From Octopus vulgaris (taxonomy: Eukaryota), in NCBI GenBank assembly GCA_951406725.2, contig OX597825.1, forward strand, positions 25,296,001-25,360,000: a DNA stretch of 64,000 bases. The letters are read 5' to 3'. The position numbers and the translations under genes were made by a program. Positions 38,677 through 52,010 of this stretch are shown here, in pieces (within the stretch, counting starts at the first letter, position 1; each line of letters begins with the position of its first letter). The notes beneath the pieces are model-generated. The model searched no databases. It was not told the DNA's origin and saw only the letters and a program-made list of their open reading frames with translations.

Positions 38677-38752
38677 CTTCTTCTTCTTCTTCTTCTTCTT
38701 CTTCTTCTTCTTCTTCTTCTTCTTCTTCTTCTTCTTCTTCTTCTTCTTCTTC
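38677..38752. repeat. (TTC)n microsatellite
   Basis: Directly visible. Confidence 0.97.
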
Positions 38753-38984
38753 CAATCAGGACTCACGCCATTAGCCACAAAGAATAATCTCTAATTCGAG
38801 CCTACTCTAAGCTACTAAGAATGGGTGCGAAGGTTACGTTGTTATCCTCATTCCATAAACGGTGGCTTTTCACGGGTGGAGAGCTGAACCACCCTGGGGG
38901 TACAGAGGATTCGCAATCTAGACTAGGGTCTGAAAGTTTACCACACCATAGTGGATTACACCATGGTTCCTCTGCTTTGTTGCA

Positions 38985-39175
38985 AAAGTAGGAAGAAAGA
39001 GTGAGAGAAAGTTGTAGTGAAAGAGTACAGCGGGGTTCACCCCCTCACCCGCTGGAGCCTCGTGGAGCTTAGGTGTTTTTGTTTAATAAACACTCACAAT
39101 GCCCGGTCTGGAAATCGAAACCGCGTTCTTACGACCGTGAGTCCGCTTTCCTAACCACTGGGCCATTGCACCTCC
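38985..39175 (-). mobile_element. SINE family B 5' portion
   Basis: Reverse complement of the 13857 head and body. Confidence 0.85.
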
Positions 39176-40027
39176 ACTACTGTTGCTGTTGGCATTGTTA
39201 TTACTGTTGTTGTCACTGCTATTATAGCTCTTGTGTTGTTATTGCTGCTTCTGTTGTTACTATTGCAGCTGCAACTGCTCCTATAATTTTTACTTTTGTT
39301 TGCCCTATATGAGTTGATCTTTGAACTGTATTCATAACAGTTTCCTCCTATCTTTCGCGAGTGTTGCTGTTGCTTATGTTGCTTTCACTAATGCTGTTAT
39401 CGAGCCTCCGTTCTCTAATGAAGCTAGTGCCGCTGTGAGGCCCTCCCGCTACCTTCTAATTCAAACAGTTTGTCGCCGTCAGCACCCCAATAATTTCGAA
39501 ACGGGAATAAACAAACGTGAGTGAAAAATATTACAATTGTGTCCTTTAATGTACCACTTATTTCTTTATTGCCCACAAGGGGCTAAACATAGAGGGGGAC
39601 AAAGAAGGACAGACAAACGGATTAAGTCGATTATATCGACCCCAGTGCGTAACTGGTACTCACGAGCAGAAGTAGTGGGGGAGCATCATAGCCATGTGTT
39701 GAGAGGAATTCTTAGAGGTTTAGATAATTCACCTTTGGAAACATGGGTGGTTCGTTCAACATCCTTAAACAATCCTTATTCAGGGACCTTTTGAGCAGGA
39801 TTGGCTACACGACCAGAAGAAAATTCTAACTGGGCCTCACCTGCAACGTCATGTGCTGTTTATCTTGATATGAGATCACCATGTCGCGCAAAGGTGGTTG
39901 TGATGCATATGCCTAGTGTACTCTTATCAGACGGGTAGTCATGATGGCTATACTGGGCTCTGTATATTTTACCCCAGTGTCACTTTGATCGTATGCACTG
40001 CTCTCTCACACAATGATGATGATGATG

Positions 40028-40134
<107 letters not shown>

Positions 40135-40308
40135 TTCTATTATAGGCACAAGACCTGAGATTTGGGGGAAGGGGTCAGTCGATTATATCGACCCCAGCGT
40201 TTCACTGGTACTCAATTTATCGACCTCGAAAGGATGAAAGGCAAAGCTGACCTAGGCGGAATTTGAACATTTCGTCCAGCGCGATAAACATTCTGCCAGA
40301 TCGCCGCC

Positions 40309-40374
<66 letters not shown>

Positions 40375-41103
40375 TAATAAGTGTACAACAAATGTTACAC
40401 TGATGGAAGGTGCCAATATTGACATAAAAAGACTGAGGGATTTCTTGTATTACCCTTTTAGCAATAAAATCTGTCAAATCAGCCATAATTTTTCTTTCAA
40501 CGCTAGTTAGCCCCCGTAGCATAATTTGCTTTTAGTTTAGGCGATAATATGAAGAAAGTGTTTAAAAGATAGAGTAGGCAGCAGTCTCTAAACAGTAAAT
40601 TGTATAGTAATATATTGTTTAAACAACAATAAAACGGATTATTATTTGTGTTTCTCACACAATAGTGTCATAATTAGAGTTAGCAGCTTCAGTGTCTTAA
40701 GCACTAGTGATCAGGCGTATATTTCAATAGATGATCAGTTGTATTATCCTGTCTCTATATTATCCTTTCTTCATATATAATGCCTGACACCAAGAGGGAG
40801 GTGAATTATAACAACTATAGATATAATATATTTTGTCTAGAAACATGAAACAAAAGCTCGAGTTATTGTCTACTTCACCATATTGAATCTATACAGGAAC
40901 AATAGCAGACGATACAATAAATGAGATAAACATATTCAACGCTGTTGTATTATGGATTTGAAATCAATGAAGTATGTCCCATCTGCTAGCAATGAAAAGA
41001 TGGAGTAATGTATGATCGACAACGCCATGTTGAATCTACATATCAACTAATCTAAATTAGCACCACATTAAAAGAAATGAAAGTATTCAGTTCTTGGGTT
41101 TTT

Positions 41104-41174
41104 GGAAACAGCTGGGTTTGAACCGAGTAAACCTTGATCTACAGTCGTATTTTCTATCACTGAACTAATATAAC
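41104..41174 (-). pseudogene. Decayed tRNA-Cys relic (anticodon position reads GTA)
   Basis: GGAAACAGCTGGGTTTGAACCGAGTAAACCTTGATCTACAGTCGTATTTTCTATCACTGAACTAATAT is collinear with the reverse complement of the intact gene. Confidence 0.75.
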
Positions 41175-41209
41175 ATCATTTATTACTATACGAGGTTATT
41201 GCTTAATAA

Positions 41210-41809
41210 CTATTTCTTTACTACCCACAAGAGGCTAAACACAGAGAGGACAAACAAGGACAGACAAACGGATTAAGTCGATTACATCGACCCCAGTGCG
41301 TAACTGGTACGTATTTAATCGACTCCGAAAGGATGAAAGGCAAAGTCGACCTCGGCGGAATTTGAACTCACAACGTAACGGCAGACGAAATACTTATTTC
41401 TTTACTACCCACAAGGGGCTAAACACAGAGAGGACAAACAAGGACAGACAAACAGATTAAGTCGATTACATCGACCCCAGTGCGTAACTGGTACGTATTT
41501 AATCGACCCCGAAAGGATGAAAGGCAAAGTCGACCTCGGCGGAATTTGAACTCTGAACGTAACGGCAGACGAAATACCTATTTCTTTACTACCCACAAGG
41601 GGCTACACACAGAGAGGACAAACAAGGACAGACAAACGGATTAAGTCGATTACATCGACTCCAGTGCGTAACTGGTACTTATTTAATCGACTCCGAAAGG
41701 ATGAAAGGCAAAGTCGACCTCGGCGAAATTTGAACTCTGAACGTAGCAGCAGACGAAAAACCGCTAAGCATTTCGCTCGGCGTGCTAACGTGTCTGCCAG
41801 CTCGCCGCC
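41210..41809 (-). mobile_element. SINE family A trimer
   Basis: Three tandem ~182-bp units and one head (CTGCCAGCTCGCCGCC). Confidence 0.9.
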
Positions 41810-42030
41810 TTTTTTTGTGCTTAATACCACAATTCTTTAAAGAAAGCCAAGGACTGTAACGTTAGAAATGCACACACTTCAAGACAATTTGCCTTATAGA
41901 ACTGTTATTTGATTGCTGGTAGTTGCTTATTAGTTTATGGAAATGAGAGATTTCTTTACTGAAACGTAGAAAGATTCAGGCTTAATGTAGTCTTCGTATG
42001 ATTTCTAAATTACTTATTGGTTCTCTTTTC

Positions 42031-42450
42031 GGATCTTTTCGGTTTGAACGGCAGTTTTTAAAAATAATTTCCACGTAACTAAACACTTTTAAACTTCGTA
42101 TACTGGTAGAATGTGTTTATAAAACATCTTTTTCTCTTGGCTTTATTGAGAAAATTCTATAGTTTGTAAGATATTTGTTGTTGTCTTTCTTCAATTTCTG
42201 CAATTTCAATCAATCAATGACGTCTATTGAGGTGAAAACATTCCGTGCCGTATGAATATGTCCCTCGTTTAAGAAACAGATTGGGTTTATTTACATTTGT
42301 GAAGAAAAAAAGATACCCTTCCCCCCACCCCAAACCCTAACCCTAACCATAAAACTATATGCAATAGATCGATACTAGGCTCATAATTATGGGTGACAAT
42401 TTCATATGACACCGCTAGAAAAAAAACTGCCGTTCAAACCGAAAAGATCC
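42031..42450. mobile_element. MITE with 29-bp TIRs and 8-bp TSD (Merlin-like)
   Basis: TIR GGATCTTTTCGGTTTGAACGGCAGTTTTT at both ends; TSD CTCTTTTC at 42023-42030 and 42451-42458; internal CCCTAA repeats. Confidence 0.93.
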
Positions 42451-42780
42451 CTCTTTTCTTATTATACTGTTAAATAAATCAACCGAGTGACACTTGTATT
42501 AGGAAGATACTTTTCAACTTGATCTGTTAAGGGAGTAAAGATATTATATTTCGGGACGGTAATTTTTTTTGCCAAATAACCACACGCACTGTATACTCGT
42601 TCTTCACTTCAGCTTTATTCCTATTCTTATTCTTATTTTAGTGTCCTTTGTCTGAAATCTTTCGTCACACACCCTGTGACCTCTTCAGTGACTCTCAACC
42701 CCACATGTCTCCTGTCCTGTTTAGTCCATTATAATAAAAACCGCAAGAAGCTGTATTTTACAAGACATTTTATGATTGCT

Positions 42781-42848
<68 letters not shown>

Positions 42849-43063
42849 AATGATTTCAAATTTTGGTAAAAGGCCGACAATTTTGGGGATGGTATAAGTC
42901 GATTAGATCGACCCCAGTGTTCAAGTGGTTCCTTAATATATGTGTGTATGTGTGTGCGTGCATACATACATACATACATACATACATACATACATACATA
43001 CATACATACATACATACATACATACATGCATGCATACATACATATACATACATAATCCCCTTG

Positions 43064-43465
43064 TTATTGAATACATACACAAGCATCAACATAAGGAATA
43101 CTGGCGGGACATTCCCATCAAAACATCTATCAAGTGTAAACATAATAGACCGGATATTGTTATTTGGGACTACAAGAAAAACTATGTCTCTTCATTGAGC
43201 TTCAGCTGTCCTTCTGATGTGAATATTTCTTTGAAAATCAAAGACAAAGATAACTATGGGCAACTGCTTCGAAACCTCCAACTTTTATATCCAGATTATA
43301 AACTTCACAATTACACAAATAATAATTCGTGCACTTGGCTTTTTGAGTAAATACCTAAGGGAAAATCTGGATAAGCTAGTTTTTATGAAAAGAAATCAAC
43401 CATTTAATTCGCACACTAAAATACAAGTGGAACAATAAAAATATGCAAGACTTTTCCCAAGTTTA
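43064..43465 (+). mobile_element. RLE-type (R4/Dong-like) LINE endonuclease domain fragment
   Basis: EYWRDIPIKTSIKCKHNRPDIVIWDYKK...SCPSDVNISLKIKDKDNYGQLLRNLQLLYPDYK then IIIRALGF in another frame: RPD motif of restriction-like endonuclease LINEs. Confidence 0.85.
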
Positions 43466-43667
43466 AGATATGACGTTGTTTTTGTAATCTACATTCCAAC
43501 GGCGAAGCTTTGTAGTTTTGTTAGAAACCAATCCTTCCTCAGAGGAAGAATTTAAATAATTAAAAAAACAGAAGAGAACATACATACATAAATACATGCA
43601 CACACACACACATACGCACGCATACGCACGCATACTCACATACATAATATATAATATATATATATAT

Positions 43668-43707
<40 letters not shown>

Positions 43708-43780
43708 TATATAATATATATATAATATATATACATACACACACATATATATATATATATGTATATCTATCTATATACAT

Positions 43781-43839
<59 letters not shown>

Positions 43840-43996
43840 CATACATACACATCGTTGCTATTATGCAAGTGCCGTAATTGGTTTTGACAATTTTTGATAT
43901 CTTTGGCTCTGAAGCAGCTGGAGATACGATAGTTTGACCAAAAGAACCGGTATTGCAAGAAAAATTTGGACATACGATAGTTTAAAATAATAGCAA

Positions 43997-44038
<42 letters not shown>

Positions 44039-44076
44039 ATAATATTAGGGAATAAATCCAAACTTCCAGGGAAAAA

Positions 44077-44128
<52 letters not shown>

Positions 44129-45184
44129 AACGGTATCTTCATGTGTTCAAAATTAAACAGTCCTGTCGGAAGAAGAGCCAAAGGGTGTAACAAATGACTT
44201 GAAACTATTGTGCTACTACATTTCTCTGTGGTTTAGTCATAGGCCTAATAGCCCTCCTCTTAATTTATCACCGAATAATAGCTTGTGCAAAATCTGTTTT
44301 GTTATTTCAATGAATAAATACCAGGAAAATATTCCTAGCTAAATGATCTTCATTTTTCATTTTGTTGAGTGAAAGTTCCCTTTGACTAAGGTCTCTCAGC
44401 TTAGAGACAGTAGGTTATACAGCAAATGGATTGAAAGCTTTAACAATTCATGATTCCATCCATTTTGAATACATTGATCAAAGAATATATAATACATTTA
44501 CTAAACTTTTACCACGGCAATGTATTGAGAGAAACATAAACTTTAATAGTATTTATAGAAACTGTAATAACATAAATAAAATTATTACAATTTCATACTA
44601 TTGTAAAATACTTGTTTTATTTTTCTGAATATATATTTTCACGAATGTTTTGGAAATGTTAAAGGTCAATTCTATTTGGTTTTGGCACACTTTTAGCAAT
44701 AAAATCTGTGAAATCTTTCATAACTTTTCTTTAAATGTTAGATATTTATTCCAGCGTAATTTATTTCTAATTTTAGGCGAGGAATCATTTGATAGTAAAG
44801 GATGTCATCTCTTTTTAAATATCAGTTATATAACAAAATATTCTAACAACCATGAAAAGGTAGGACAATTATACAATTGAATCAATACCTCGACTGTTTT
44901 GTGATCAGAGCTTTGCATCAATACATAATTAGCTCTATTGTCCTTTTATCCATGTGATCTGATTCTTAGTGCCGATAGATGATAGATAGATAAATTATAA
45001 AATCATAGCATTAATGGATTTTTTTTTTGATCAGAAACAATGAAACAACAGAAACGAACACAAAGGAAGATCCCTTGAAACGAGAGCGTAACACATTATG
45101 CACGTCGCCATATTGACTCTACATAACAATTATGACATAAAAGACACAGAAAAGGCGACAGAAAATTTAAATACTGTTGCATTA

Positions 45185-45253
45185 AGGGATACTGGTGCTG
45201 AAACAGGGAACCTCTTGTTAGATATCAAATGCCCTACCACTAAGATATATCCC
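45185..45253 (-). pseudogene. Decayed tRNA-Cys relic
   Basis: AGGGATACTGGTGCTGAAACAGGGAACCTCTTGTTAGATATCAAATGCCCTACCACTAAGATATATCCC is collinear with the reverse complement of the intact gene. Confidence 0.72.
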
Positions 45254-46630
45254 TACATATGAACGACGCTCCTGATCTACAAAGTAACTGCTAATTGCTG
45301 TGTCGTCAACAAATTGTCAGTGGACAGTTTAAGGGAAACTAACGAGTTCGTTTACTGTGTGGGAGCTACAATCTCACAATGAGCACTTTTGAGCTTGTTT
45401 GAGAGTGAATATTGAGGGGAAAAGCTCAAGCGACAAAACAACCTTTCCTATTTCAAAACTAAAGATAGGGACCAAAGCGTTAAAAAATCTATACCGCTCA
45501 AGACAGTTTAACTATGTCTTCTAAAGTCTACGTATCTAACTCTACAGAAATTCAGGTGTGATTTCATTTGATAGACTCCGAAATCTAATCTTAAAAATCA
45601 CAAGGAATAGCAAGGCGGATGTTTATCTTTAGGGGTCTTGTAGGTCTAAATAATCTTCGTTTATATTTTCATCTAATAACACCCAGATTCCTAATACCAT
45701 TTTCAGTCAATTCTGTGGAGAAAAACAATACTGTTGTCCAAAGAGAAGCGATTTTAGAGATTATTAATCTGTCGTGTCAGAGTTCAATGACAATGAAGTT
45801 GTTTCAATATAGCCTCAACAGATTATAACGAAGGGATTAAACGATTTAATAATTCATTATTTAATTTCTTTTTTGATTAAACTAATCCAAACATTTCAGA
45901 ACAAAAAATATAAAACGTTTACTAAAATTTTACTACGGAAGTCCGTTGAGAAACCTATCAGTTCTAAATCTAATTATATAAATGGTAATATGAAACAGCA
46001 AAGTAATAAAAAATATATTAAAATGTCATATTATCATAAGATTATTAATAAATGTTTTCATAGATGTTTTGGAAAAGTAAAAGGTCATTTGTATTTGCTT
46101 CTGTAACACTGTTAGCCGTAAAATCTGCTAAAGTGGTCATAAGGTTTCTTTAAACACTGGTTAGTCTTCTTAGACTTCTACAAATTTCTTTTAGAAATTT
46201 TTAGTGAGATATAAAGAAATCATTTAAAAACTAGAGATGACAACTGTTTCTAAAGGTTAATTGTATAGCAACATAATATTTTCACAATAACAAATAAAAG
46301 AAAACGGATAATTATTTCTGGTTCTCACACAAAGTTGCATTAAACAGAGCCAATATCCGGATTGTTTACTATCAGATGTGTGCATCTATAAATGATTACC
46401 TCTGTTGTTCTTTTCTCCCTATAATTTGCAACTTGGTGCCGACGAGTTGATGAATTAAAATATATCACCGTGTTTTGTTCGGAAACGAAGAGACAACAGC
46501 GGCAGATTTGAAAGATGATCCATTGAAAACAGACTGTAATATATTATCTATTTTACCTTATTGACCCTACATAACCACAATGGCATAAAAACACAGTGAA
46601 GTGGATAAAACTACTCAAGGCTGCTGCATT

Positions 46631-46703
46631 AGAGGATACCTGGGATTGAACCGTAATTATCTTGGTCTGCAATCGAGTTTTCTACCACCGAGCTTTAATC
46701 CTC
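46631..46703 (-). pseudogene. Decayed tRNA-Cys relic, GCA anticodon retained
   Basis: AGAGGATACCTGGGATTGAACCGTAATTATCTTGGTCTGCAATCGAGTTTTCTACCACCGAGCTTTAATCCTC; B box GGTTCAATCC on minus. Confidence 0.78.
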
Positions 46704-46949
46704 ACACATTATCAGCGCCCATATTTAATATTTTATACAAACACAATTCTATGGCAGAGAATAATACAGAGGAACTATGTTTCTGGTAAATAAATGTTTC
46801 AGTTGCATTTTTATTGACACTAATTTGTAAACAAATAGTCAATGGGTCAATTCATAGAAAACTACGATGGATTCGATTACCTTGAGGAATGTAGAAAATA
46901 ACATTCCCTTCTGAGAGTGAAGGTACAAGAGAATCCAAGAAGCGACTCT

Positions 46950-47343
46950 CTCTTTTACTCTTTTACTTGTTTCAGTCATTTGACTGCGGCCATGCTGGAG
47001 CAACTCGACCCCGGGACTTATTCTTTTTGTAAGCCCAGTACTTATTCTATCAGTCTCTTTTTGCCGAACCGCTAAGTAACGGGGACGTAAACACACCAGC
47101 ATCGGTTGTCAAGCAATGCTAGGGGAACAAACACAGACACACAAACACACACACATACATATATATATATATACATATATACGACAGGCTTCTTTCAGTT
47201 TCCATCTACCAAATCCACTCACAAGGCATTGGTCGGCCCGGGGCTATAGCAGAAGACACTTGCCCAAGATGCCACGCAATGGGATTGAACCCGGAACCAT
47301 GTGGTTGGTTAGCAAGCTACTTACCACACAGCCACTCCTGCGC
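46950..47343 (-). mobile_element. SINE family C, full length
   Basis: Complete head (CAGCCACTCCTGCGC on plus) and tail (CTCTTTTA)n. Confidence 0.9.
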
Positions 47344-49231
47344 ATATTATTTTTTATTATCCTCACTTTCAAGCGAATGGCGCAGAACGAAACATGAAAA
47401 ATCTACACACCTCGGGGCAGGGCAACTTAACTCTTTAAACTTGCCCCTTTTTTCTACTTTTAGTTTATTTTCGAGTCTGACACCTAATTACTGAACTCAA
47501 CAGAAATTGCATTCCAATTTTAGTTTATAGCTACCTGGTTTATCCTCTTACAAATTACAAGCATGTACATAGCTTCCATCTATTTTTGCCATTTGGTCGT
47601 ATGTCTAACACTCTTGCTTACATTTTCCCCATATAACAACGCCGTATAAATTGTTAAATCCGTCCTATAATTTGTAGTTAATGATGTGGATAAAGAGCAC
47701 GTGAATACTGTCAGGAAATTGACGTTGTTTTTTGAATTTATTATAAGAGATTTCTCTTGCACTGAGTCCTCTCAACTTAGGTCCAGTATTTATAACGAAG
47801 AGATTAAACATTTTGACGTGTCTCTCTTTTATCAACGTTCAATAAACTAACTCAAGCATTGTACAACAAAGAATTTAGAACTACTTACTAACGTCTTAAG
47901 TATGAGAAATTCTGAGAAAATATGTCTCCGACCTACCTGCCATAGAAAATGACAATAGAAATATAATATGACAGTTTAGCTACCAGATGGTACATTTACT
48001 ACCAGATGGTACATAGTTAACCTTATATCAATGCCCATGACAAAAATGACAATAGAGGATTAATGATAGATTTAGGAATACTAAATGATTAGAATTACTG
48101 AAACGGGCTGAGAATTTAGAATCTTAGTTACGATACAAACTTAGTTGTTGAAGTAGAAATATTATTGGAAATTATAAGGAATGTATCTTATTCTCCTATT
48201 TGTTATTGGCACATCTGGAGTGATATATTATCATTTCTGTAATGATGTTGATAAACTTTGACAAGCTTATAAGTCTGATTTATTCGCTTCACTGAAAATT
48301 GCCATTACAGGATCTTCAACCTTTTTTGGGGGCATTCTCTCAGCCATTATTTGTTAAGCTCGAACATGCTTGTATTACCTTAAACATATTTAGCTTTAAA
48401 CCTTTTCGTCAATCTTGAACTTTCTTGTTAACATCTGAATACTTCGTCCGTGTTTTTCATCTGAAATTCATGTTAAACTTTAATACTTTTGTCTCTGGAA
48501 CCTTTTTTTTTTACCATGAGCATCGTGGTTGACCTTAAATATTTCTATGCATGTTCTCCAAGACGTATCTAATTATTGTTTTAAGAAAAGAAACAATGTA
48601 ATTTTCAAATCATGAATAATAAAGATAATAAATATGATAATATGGTTTCATACTACTGAAAAATGCTTGTATAAATATAATATATGCTTGTATAAATATA
48701 ATATATAAATATAAGCAGGATGCTTATATTGTTTGACAGAATTTGATATTTTCTATAAATTTTCTTTAGAAATGAAAAATGTTACTTTTGTCAATCGTTT
48801 GGCAATAAATACATTAAGTCGCTTTTAAGCTCCCATTTAAACGGTTGTAAGTCATCTAGGTTAACCTATTTTTAATTTTCGGCGAGAATATAAAAAAAAT
48901 CATTTAAAAACGAGAGATATCAACTGTATCAAAAGACTGATCGTATAACAATACAATATTTTAACAGGTATAAAAGGACAATTATTTTCGTTTCTTGCAC
49001 GAATTTTAAATAACGTGAGTCAATACCTTGAGCTTTATAATTAGAGTTATGTATCAATAGATATTGATATTTTCCTACATAATTTTCTACTTGGTGCCAA
49101 CAGGTTGATGAATTAAAACAATTATAGATATAACGTGTTTTGCCCAGAAAGAACAGCATCATGTTTGAAAGATCCATGAAGAGATAGTGTAATATATTAT
49201 CTGATTCGCCATCTTGGCTCTACATAACAAC

Positions 49232-49280
49232 GGAGACATCTAGATCTGCAGGAGAATGCACCATTACAAAGCTACGGTTC
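49232..49280 (-). pseudogene. Partial decayed tRNA-Cys relic
   Basis: GGAGACATCTAGATCTGCAGGAGAATGCACCATTACAAAGCTAC retains GATCTGCAG and GAATGC; lies at the expected end of the flank unit ~48740-49230. Confidence 0.55.
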
Positions 49281-49389
49281 TACTATTTCAGTTTAATTTC
49301 TGCTAATTTGAATAAAACGCAGCTACGCAACTAACATTGATTTAAATATGCATACATACAAGCTCATACATTCATGCATACATCCGTAG

Positions 49390-49421
<32 letters not shown>

Positions 49422-49861
49422 GCGTTAAGTGTCTTTATTTGTGATTTTTGTCAACAAATGACAAGCTTGTTTACTGAACTCTAGAATGACAAAAGTGCTT
49501 CATATTATTACAAAACAAAACAGACTTAGAGTTTCATATTTTTATACTGTATGTTCTAATCCTATCAGGCTACCTTTCATTTTACTGTTTAAATTTTGCA
49601 AAAAGAATAAAATAAAAATTGATTGCGATGCCATACCGATTTTACCAGTTGTACTTATTCTCAACTAATCTGCAATTCCATGTTAAAGTTACGAAAAAAA
49701 AAAAATCATTAAAAACAAAGCAATAAAAGAAAAAATGGAAATACACCAAAAATATATTCAAGAAAATCCCATTTATAAATATACTGTTTACGGTGTTTCG
49801 GAAATGAAATAAAATGAGTTTATGTGCAATGAACTGAAGGAAGCAAAGACGTTTGTAAGTG

Positions 49862-50578
49862 CTTTCTTGTTAGAGACAGTCACAATGCGAAACGTCATTA
49901 TTCTCTTCTCACGACAAACGAATTTATTCTGTTCCATTTCGTAAACATTCATTGAATTGATTTCTACCAAAAATAGACGGCCATTATTTTATTTAAATTC
50001 TAATATTTCACTATGTTGTAAATATATCCATCCAACAACTTATATAGGAAAGATCCATAGAGTAAAGATATCAGTTTATCCACTTTTATCTTCACCTTTT
50101 TATCAACTGTCTGACACTTATCGATTGATCTTTAGATCGATTGAAGTATGAAACAATCTTCACAGGATCTTTATCTAACAGCAGCTATAGCCATCTTTAT
50201 TTCTCAGCAATCTGTCCGGTGTTTTACTGCTGGGTTTTCCTCGCCTACAAACAATAAACTATTTTGTTAGATCAATTGGATCTTAACACAACCTAGAGAT
50301 GGCTTCAGTCGATAGCAATAAAGAACTTTATCTCTAAGCAGTCTGTAGAGTCTTTTACTGCTACGAATTTCTTCGATGCTCAATTTGGCACATGATTTGC
50401 ATCAAGTTTGACAAGGACTGGAAAAAAAGTGTAAATTATTATGAAAGATTTGGGTATTATTTACAGACGAGCATGAATAAAAGTGTGATTAAATAGAGAA
50501 TGTGTTATATGAATGCTATATATGACTCCAGTGCTGACTTTATTATTGTTGTTTAGTATCGAAACTATACTGGCCAAA
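49862..50578 (-). repeat. Near-identical inverted duplicate of 19681-20396
   Basis: See 19681-20396; weaker homology continues to ~49290. Confidence 0.95.
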
Positions 50579-50656
50579 CGGACATACGATCAAGATGACC
50601 ATCCTCTCATTTTGGAGTGTCTCGGACTACATTAATCAATGTATCATTCATATTTT

Positions 50657-50999
50657 GGATCTTTTCGGTTTGAACGGCAGTTTTTAACATAATTTCTAGG
50701 TAACTAAAATATTTTATAGTTTGTAAGATATTTGTTGTTCTTTCACTTCAATTTCTGCAATTTCAACCAATCAGTGACGTCTATTGAGGTAAAAAAAACA
50801 TTCTGTGCCGTATGAATATGTCCCTCGTTTAAGAAACAGATTGGGTTTATTTATATTTCTGAAGAAAAAGATACCCTTCCCCCTAACCCTAACCCTAAAA
50901 CAGATTGAAATGCAATAGATCGATACTAGGGTCATAATTATGGGTGACAATTTCATATGACACCGCTAGAAAAAACTGCCGTTCAAACCGAAAAGATCC
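50657..50999. mobile_element. Second complete GGATC-terminal MITE (internally deleted)
   Basis: Same TIRs as 42031-42450; TSD CATATTTT at 50649-50656 and 51000-51007; (CCCTAA)3 at 50881-50898. Confidence 0.93.
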
Positions 51000-51799
51000 C
51001 ATATTTTAAAACTGTAGGATATGATTCGAGGGAAATTGCTTTTTATTTCTTGTATTTAGAAAGAATACATAGAAGCTTTAATCAGCGCGGTCGAGGGACA
51101 AATTTGTTGTTTATAGGACAATAAAAGTAAGTACAATACCAACATCTTCCTTCACCAGCACCGATAGCACCAACAACACAATTACAACCATCGCCACCAC
51201 GGACAACATAATACTGCAAATACCACGTGATACACAAACACAACCGAATCTACACTCAAATCAACAACAAAGACAACAGCTGCAAAGGAACATCATTTGC
51301 TTCATACTCAAATATGGCAAAGAGTTAGACCTAGTGCTAAGCAATACTTGGTCCATGCAAAAGAATAAATATAAGGTTACTTTGAAGCATCCATGTCTAA
51401 GTCATTGGCACATTCTCAATAATGTAATTGTCCTTAGAAAAAAAACTATCAGGTGTAAAATCCGATCGGCGCATGCGGAGATGGGGGAATGTTGGACGCA
51501 AAATAGGCTCCTGCGTGGTTACTTGGAGATCACTGTTCGTACAAAAACCCTTAAGCTGGTTTTTATCTCTAAATTAAATTGCCCTGAAACATTTGGACAT
51601 TACCAAGAAGCAGTTCAAGCGATAGATACAAACAATTTAGAATTAACCTGGCATATACATCAATGCATAAATATTATACACAATGTCTACATCACATCAA
51701 CAAATACCATTCCAACACATACAAATTCTAAAACTAAATTACAAACTAAGAACCTATTATCCCGACAAGGTGGCAGATTTCTGAAGGACAATAAATAAA

Positions 51800-52010
51800 A
51801 GGATATATACAAAGTAATGCCATTTTGTTTAGAATAGGTATAATTACCGACACAGAAACATGTATCATACATCAAAATGAAGCTGGTCCTCTGTGGATCA
51901 CATCCCTACTTCTCAACATAGTCACCTTTTCTCTCAATAGCAATTTCTGCCTTCGAATGAGAGTATGTATCCCTGCCCCGTAAAATTCTGTTGACTGTTC
52001 TTGGAGCCAC
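51800..52010 (-). mobile_element. Mariner transposase C-terminal fossil plus 3' end
   Basis: Minus translation WLQEQSTEFYGAGIHTLIRR...IAIERKGDYVEK*, the typical mariner terminus. Confidence 0.85.

Larger units (their letters stand above)
44390..46703 (-). repeat. Two tandem, diverged copies of the ~0.8-0.9-kb tRNA-Cys + 3'-flank unit
   Basis: ~44390-45253 and ~45820-46703 share ordered blocks (TTTAGC.ATAAAATCTG, GTGCCGA, ATATTGAC.CTACATAAC) and each ends in a tRNA relic. Confidence 0.75.

Noticed and set aside
41104-41174. Cys-to-Tyr anticodon switch (GCA>GTA)
   Set aside because: Acceptor and D stems are broken, so it is a substitution in a dead copy rather than a recoded tRNA.
50881-50898. 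Telomere or chromosome-fusion relic
   Set aside because: Only 2-3 CCCTAA units, and they are internal to a MITE.
51334-51798. 154-aa non-repetitive ORF
   Set aside because: Non-ATG start, no recognisable domain, lies among transposon debris.
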